Shown in pieces: positions 16,987 through 20,000 of a DNA stretch of 20,000 bases. Made by a program: the position numbers and the translations under genes. Origin of the DNA: an uncultured virus (IMG/VR IMGVR_UViG_3300035506_000159) (lineage: Duplodnaviria > Heunggongvirae > Uroviricota > Caudoviricetes); IMG/VR virus record IMGVR_UViG_3300035506_000159; one strand, 5' to 3'. The first letter of the stretch is position 1. Every line of letters starts with the position of its first letter. The notes under the pieces are model-generated. The model was not told where the DNA came from, did no database searches, and saw nothing but the letters and a program-made list of their open reading frames with translations.

Positions 16987-17226
16987 TTAATCCGATAAGA
17001 TATATACCCTAGTATCATCTTCTTCATTAATATAAGATTCTTCAACATTAATATTGCTACTAATAAAATAATGATAAATATAAGTAGCCGCAGGATTCCA
17101 TTTATCAACATCAACTACAATTACGTGCGGCTCATGGTGATTTTCTATAGTCATTTCTACATTATCATAATCAAATTTAATATATTTCTGTTCTACGGTA
17201 TCAAATCTAAGTTCTCTAAACTTCAT
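16987..17226 (-). CDS. Hypothetical protein
   Basis: AAGGA SD; overlaps upstream stop. Confidence 0.65.
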   Translation of the reverse strand: MKFRELRFDTVEQKYIKFDYDNVEMTIENHHEPHVIVVDVDKWNPAATYIYHYFISSNINVEESYINEEDDTRVYILSD

Positions 17227-17470
17227 CATATTCCTTACTACAATCAAGATACACATGACTAAAACCATCATGAGTATACATATCTAGAATCATACTTAGA
17301 ACATCAGGATTCAATTTATATAGATAATCAATGACCATATTTGCGGGCTTGCTTTCACAGTCCCAATGACCGAAGTTATCAGGCTCAACCGCAATCATTA
17401 CATCCATATAATGAATTATTAGATATGTTAAAGGACCATATTCATTCATTACCTCTTGGAAAGTTGCCAT
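17216..17470 (-). CDS. Hypothetical protein
   Basis: AGGAG SD; operon packing. Confidence 0.7.
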   Translation of the reverse strand: MATFQEVMNEYGPLTYLIIHYMDVMIAVEPDNFGHWDCESKPANMVIDYLYKLNPDVLSMILDMYTHDGFSHVYLDCSKEYDEV

Positions 17471-17478
17471 ATTGACTC

Positions 17479-17739
17479 CTAATCACTAAAATCGATAATA
17501 CAGATTACACACTCATTATCTTCAAGATAAATATGAAGACTATCTTCTCCAGTAATCAAAATTTCACTAACATATAACCCAATATTTTCCATAGTAATAA
17601 TTGCGGCCAATGATGGTTCTGAAAGATTGAGCATATCTAGTCCACCAGTAATCATTGTCTTTCCATGTACTACAATATCTTTATATTCAATGGTAAAGTT
17701 GCGGCCTTTATAGGCATCAAATATTTCTTCAAGGAACAT
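17479..17739 (-). CDS. Hypothetical protein
   Basis: GGAG SD; adjacent to deaminase stop. Confidence 0.7.
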   Translation of the reverse strand: MFLEEIFDAYKGRNFTIEYKDIVVHGKTMITGGLDMLNLSEPSLAAIITMENIGLYVSEILITGEDSLHIYLEDNECVICIIDFSD

Positions 17740-17740
17740 A

Positions 17741-18232
17741 TTACTCTCCAATCATTCCTTCTATTGGACTAAGACCAGAGCGACCAAAACCATAGTCAGT
17801 GCTGAAAAATACTTCCTTGACTCCAGCATCTGCCAAAGCATGAGCACAGGCCGCGCATGGAGCAGCTAGACCAATCCCATAATCCTTACCAACAGAAATC
17901 CGCACAATATAGGCTCTAAGATTCTTATACTCTTGGCTCTCCAGACTGCGAATAGCAGACATTTCGGCATGGAGAGAGTGCTGCCTTCCACTATACTTTC
18001 CCTTGCGGTAAGGCTTGAAAGTTTTGTTGTAATATTTTTGCATAGGATTACTTTTTTCAGAATTATGACCTCGACCTACAATTTTATTGCCATCGACAAT
18101 AACACAACCAAGAGAGAATCCAGAAAAAGAAGACTCCTGTGCTTCCTTATAGGCTGTCTTCAAGAATTTAATATGTCTGCCACCAAGGCCATTAGACTTA
18201 GCCAACATAGCTATCGTGTCATTCACATCCAT
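17741..18232 (-). CDS. Zn-dependent cytidine/dCMP deaminase-family protein
   Basis: HAE and APCAAC motifs, LGCVIVDGNKIVGRGHN; promoter TTGACA-18-TATAAT at 18274-18303. Confidence 0.85.
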   Translation of the reverse strand: MDVNDTIAMLAKSNGLGGRHIKFLKTAYKEAQESSFSGFSLGCVIVDGNKIVGRGHNSEKSNPMQKYYNKTFKPYRKGKYSGRQHSLHAEMSAIRSLESQEYKNLRAYIVRISVGKDYGIGLAAPCAACAHALADAGVKEVFFSTDYGFGRSGLSPIEGMIGE

Positions 18233-18401
18233 GCTGTTAACTTCCTCACGCTATACTTTCCAACTATAATGATATTATATCACATTATAGGACTATTTGT
18301 CAAGTTTAAATATGAAAGACCAATAGACAAAGATAAAGATATATGCGGCAATTATGCAAAAATCTATACAAAAAAAGCCCAATTATACATTGGGCTTAAT
18401 A

Positions 18402-18737
18402 TTAAACATATATATTATAGGTTGCACTAGAGTATCGTGGTCTTGCAAAGATTTCAACGTGATTAACTTCCAAATCTTTATATTTATGAAGCCACATGAA
18501 ATTCCAGCCACTATACTCCCACTGTCGCGGTTCCATTTTCCGCAACAGAGCATAGCTACCGTCTAGCTGTTCATAGTTACTATTGGGGTCATATACAACG
18601 AACAAAATGTCATTATAGAAATCTTGTTCATTGACAATTTCATTTATGAAATCTTCAACTGTAATATTTTTCTTCACTATAGGCTCCTGCGGCAAATATT
18701 CAAAATTATGAATAAAACTAATCAATAAGATTATCAT
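18402..18737 (-). CDS. Hypothetical protein
   Basis: ORF overlapping upstream gene end. Confidence 0.6.
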   Translation of the reverse strand: MIILLISFIHNFEYLPQEPIVKKNITVEDFINEIVNEQDFYNDILFVVYDPNSNYEQLDGSYALLRKMEPRQWEYSGWNFMWLHKYKDLEVNHVEIFARPRYSSATYNIYV

Positions 18738-19143
18738 CTTTTTCTAGTTCAATGAGTTTATTCAATCGCCTTGACATATCCATAGCTACTGCCATAGAGC
18801 AACTAGAATAATCATTTCCCGCACAAATATCACAATCATCTTCCTTCATGGGGTCTAGGTCGAAATATTCACATGGATTTAGATGATTTGAAATAAGACT
18901 TGTCATATCATTGGAAAACTTACCCCAATTATCTTCAAAGTTCTTTTTTAGAGTTCCATTCTGAAAACTAAAATATCCATAGGAAGAAGTCTCGCCTGGC
19001 TCACGGAAATAGATTACAATTGTGGGAATATCATTAATTTCATTAAGACAAGATTCAATGCGAGTAATGAAGCCATAATCATATACATAGTCATGAATCT
19101 TGATTTCATTACCATCATCATATACTGGAGTCCAGTTAATCAT
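18718..19143 (-). CDS. Hypothetical protein
   Basis: GAGGAG SD before ATG 19143. Confidence 0.7.
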   Translation of the reverse strand: MINWTPVYDDGNEIKIHDYVYDYGFITRIESCLNEINDIPTIVIYFREPGETSSYGYFSFQNGTLKKNFEDNWGKFSNDMTSLISNHLNPCEYFDLDPMKEDDCDICAGNDYSSCSMAVAMDMSRRLNKLIELEKDDNLID

Positions 19144-19354
19144 TAATCTTCTCCTCAAAATAGTCACATTGATTACATTCACCAGAGAGACAATATGAGA
19201 ATCCCCATTTATTATCTAGACAAACATTACCATCTTCAAGATATTGAGTCTGTTCCCAGTCAATACAATCAAAGATGCAAACTCCATCTTTATTATACTT
19301 ACTTCTGATAGGAAAGAAGAATCTACATTCGATACATTTGCGGACTTCACACAT
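19136..19354 (-). CDS. Small Cys-rich protein
   Basis: GGAG SD; CIECRFF...GVC...CDYF. Confidence 0.7.
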   Translation of the reverse strand: MCEVRKCIECRFFFPIRSKYNKDGVCIFDCIDWEQTQYLEDGNVCLDNKWGFSYCLSGECNQCDYFEEKIND

Positions 19355-19387
19355 TATTTCTCCAAACCCTAAACCTCAACTTGAACC

Positions 19388-19618
19388 TTAGACTAAACAT
19401 TCAAGTTTAACTTGAGAGTTTTTAATAATATCATTAATATCTGCTGCATAGGCATTACACCTATAAGTCTTGAGAACCGCAGGATAATAGTAAACCATAT
19501 GGTCAAAATTGCTATTATAGTACGTACTATCCATTCCATTCTCAGGACTACAACATGTACCTAAAGGACTATGATTCCATCCTTGAAACCATATGCAATT
19601 CTCACACTGTTCAGTCAT
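19388..19618 (-). CDS. Small Cys-rich protein
   Basis: CENCIWF...GTC...CNAY; overlaps upstream stop. Confidence 0.7.
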   Translation of the reverse strand: MTEQCENCIWFQGWNHSPLGTCCSPENGMDSTYYNSNFDHMVYYYPAVLKTYRCNAYAADINDIIKNSQVKLECLV

Positions 19619-19967
19619 TCTTCTTATTCCAATCACGCAAAGCAACATCTACAAGATAGCAATCATTTTCAGGATAAGGAATAACATCAACGCACACAGC
19701 TTCAAAATCCTTTTCCATGACAAACTTGAACATTTCCTTCTCAAAACTAGTCCAGTCCATAGCATAGTCACCATCAACAATATGAACACTAACCTTGGAG
19801 CGAGGAGTTCCAAAGCTTACGTAGCAATCCTTCCAGAAAAGTTCAGATGCTTCCATGAGTTCAACAAGAATCGAAGAACAATGAGCAAGAGGGTCAGTGC
19901 TAGTAAAGAAACGATAACCACCATCAACAGCATCAAAGTCCTTGAAAATCTCAAGCTCCATGTTCAC
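19611..19967 (-). CDS. Hypothetical protein
   Basis: ORF with GGAG SD (ATG 19961 is an alternative start). Confidence 0.7.
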   Translation of the reverse strand: MNMELEIFKDFDAVDGGYRFFTSTDPLAHCSSILVELMEASELFWKDCYVSFGTPRSKVSVHIVDGDYAMDWTSFEKEMFKFVMEKDFEAVCVDVIPYPENDCYLVDVALRDWNKKND

Positions 19968-20000
19968 TCCAATCTCTCTATCACATCTTATAATAACATT

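Noticed and set aside
1..20000. tRNA/rRNA genes and stop-codon recoding
   Set aside because: No cloverleaf with a T-loop found by eye; ORFs tile normally under the standard code

Overview
AT-rich segment of a large tailed phage genome (inferred SPbeta/SPO1-like scale; Gram-positive, possibly actinobacterial gut host). Left (minus strand, 1-4500): DNA-packaging module. The terminase large subunit is split by two group I introns: a 260-nt ORF-less one, and one carrying an HNH endonuclease that runs off the window. Two Zn-finger proteins lie upstream. Middle (~4600-14300): gene-sparse island of small promoter-gene-terminator cassettes (three paralogous winged-helix proteins, a DEDDh exonuclease and a degenerate paralog, small Cys-rich and membrane proteins). 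The spacers are packed with what look like binding sites for many different host proteins: parS, LexA boxes, NrdR-like boxes, Zur/Fur-like and DtxR-like arrays, PhoP/OmpR-like direct repeats, gyrase-like periodic tracts and orphan promoters. The island ends in a hairpin/triplex-rich zone. Right (minus strand): putative replication initiator with 22-bp iterons, then small hypothetical genes and a Zn-dependent deaminase. TGCGG/CCGCA is strongly over-represented. All calls were made by eye; no database searches were run.
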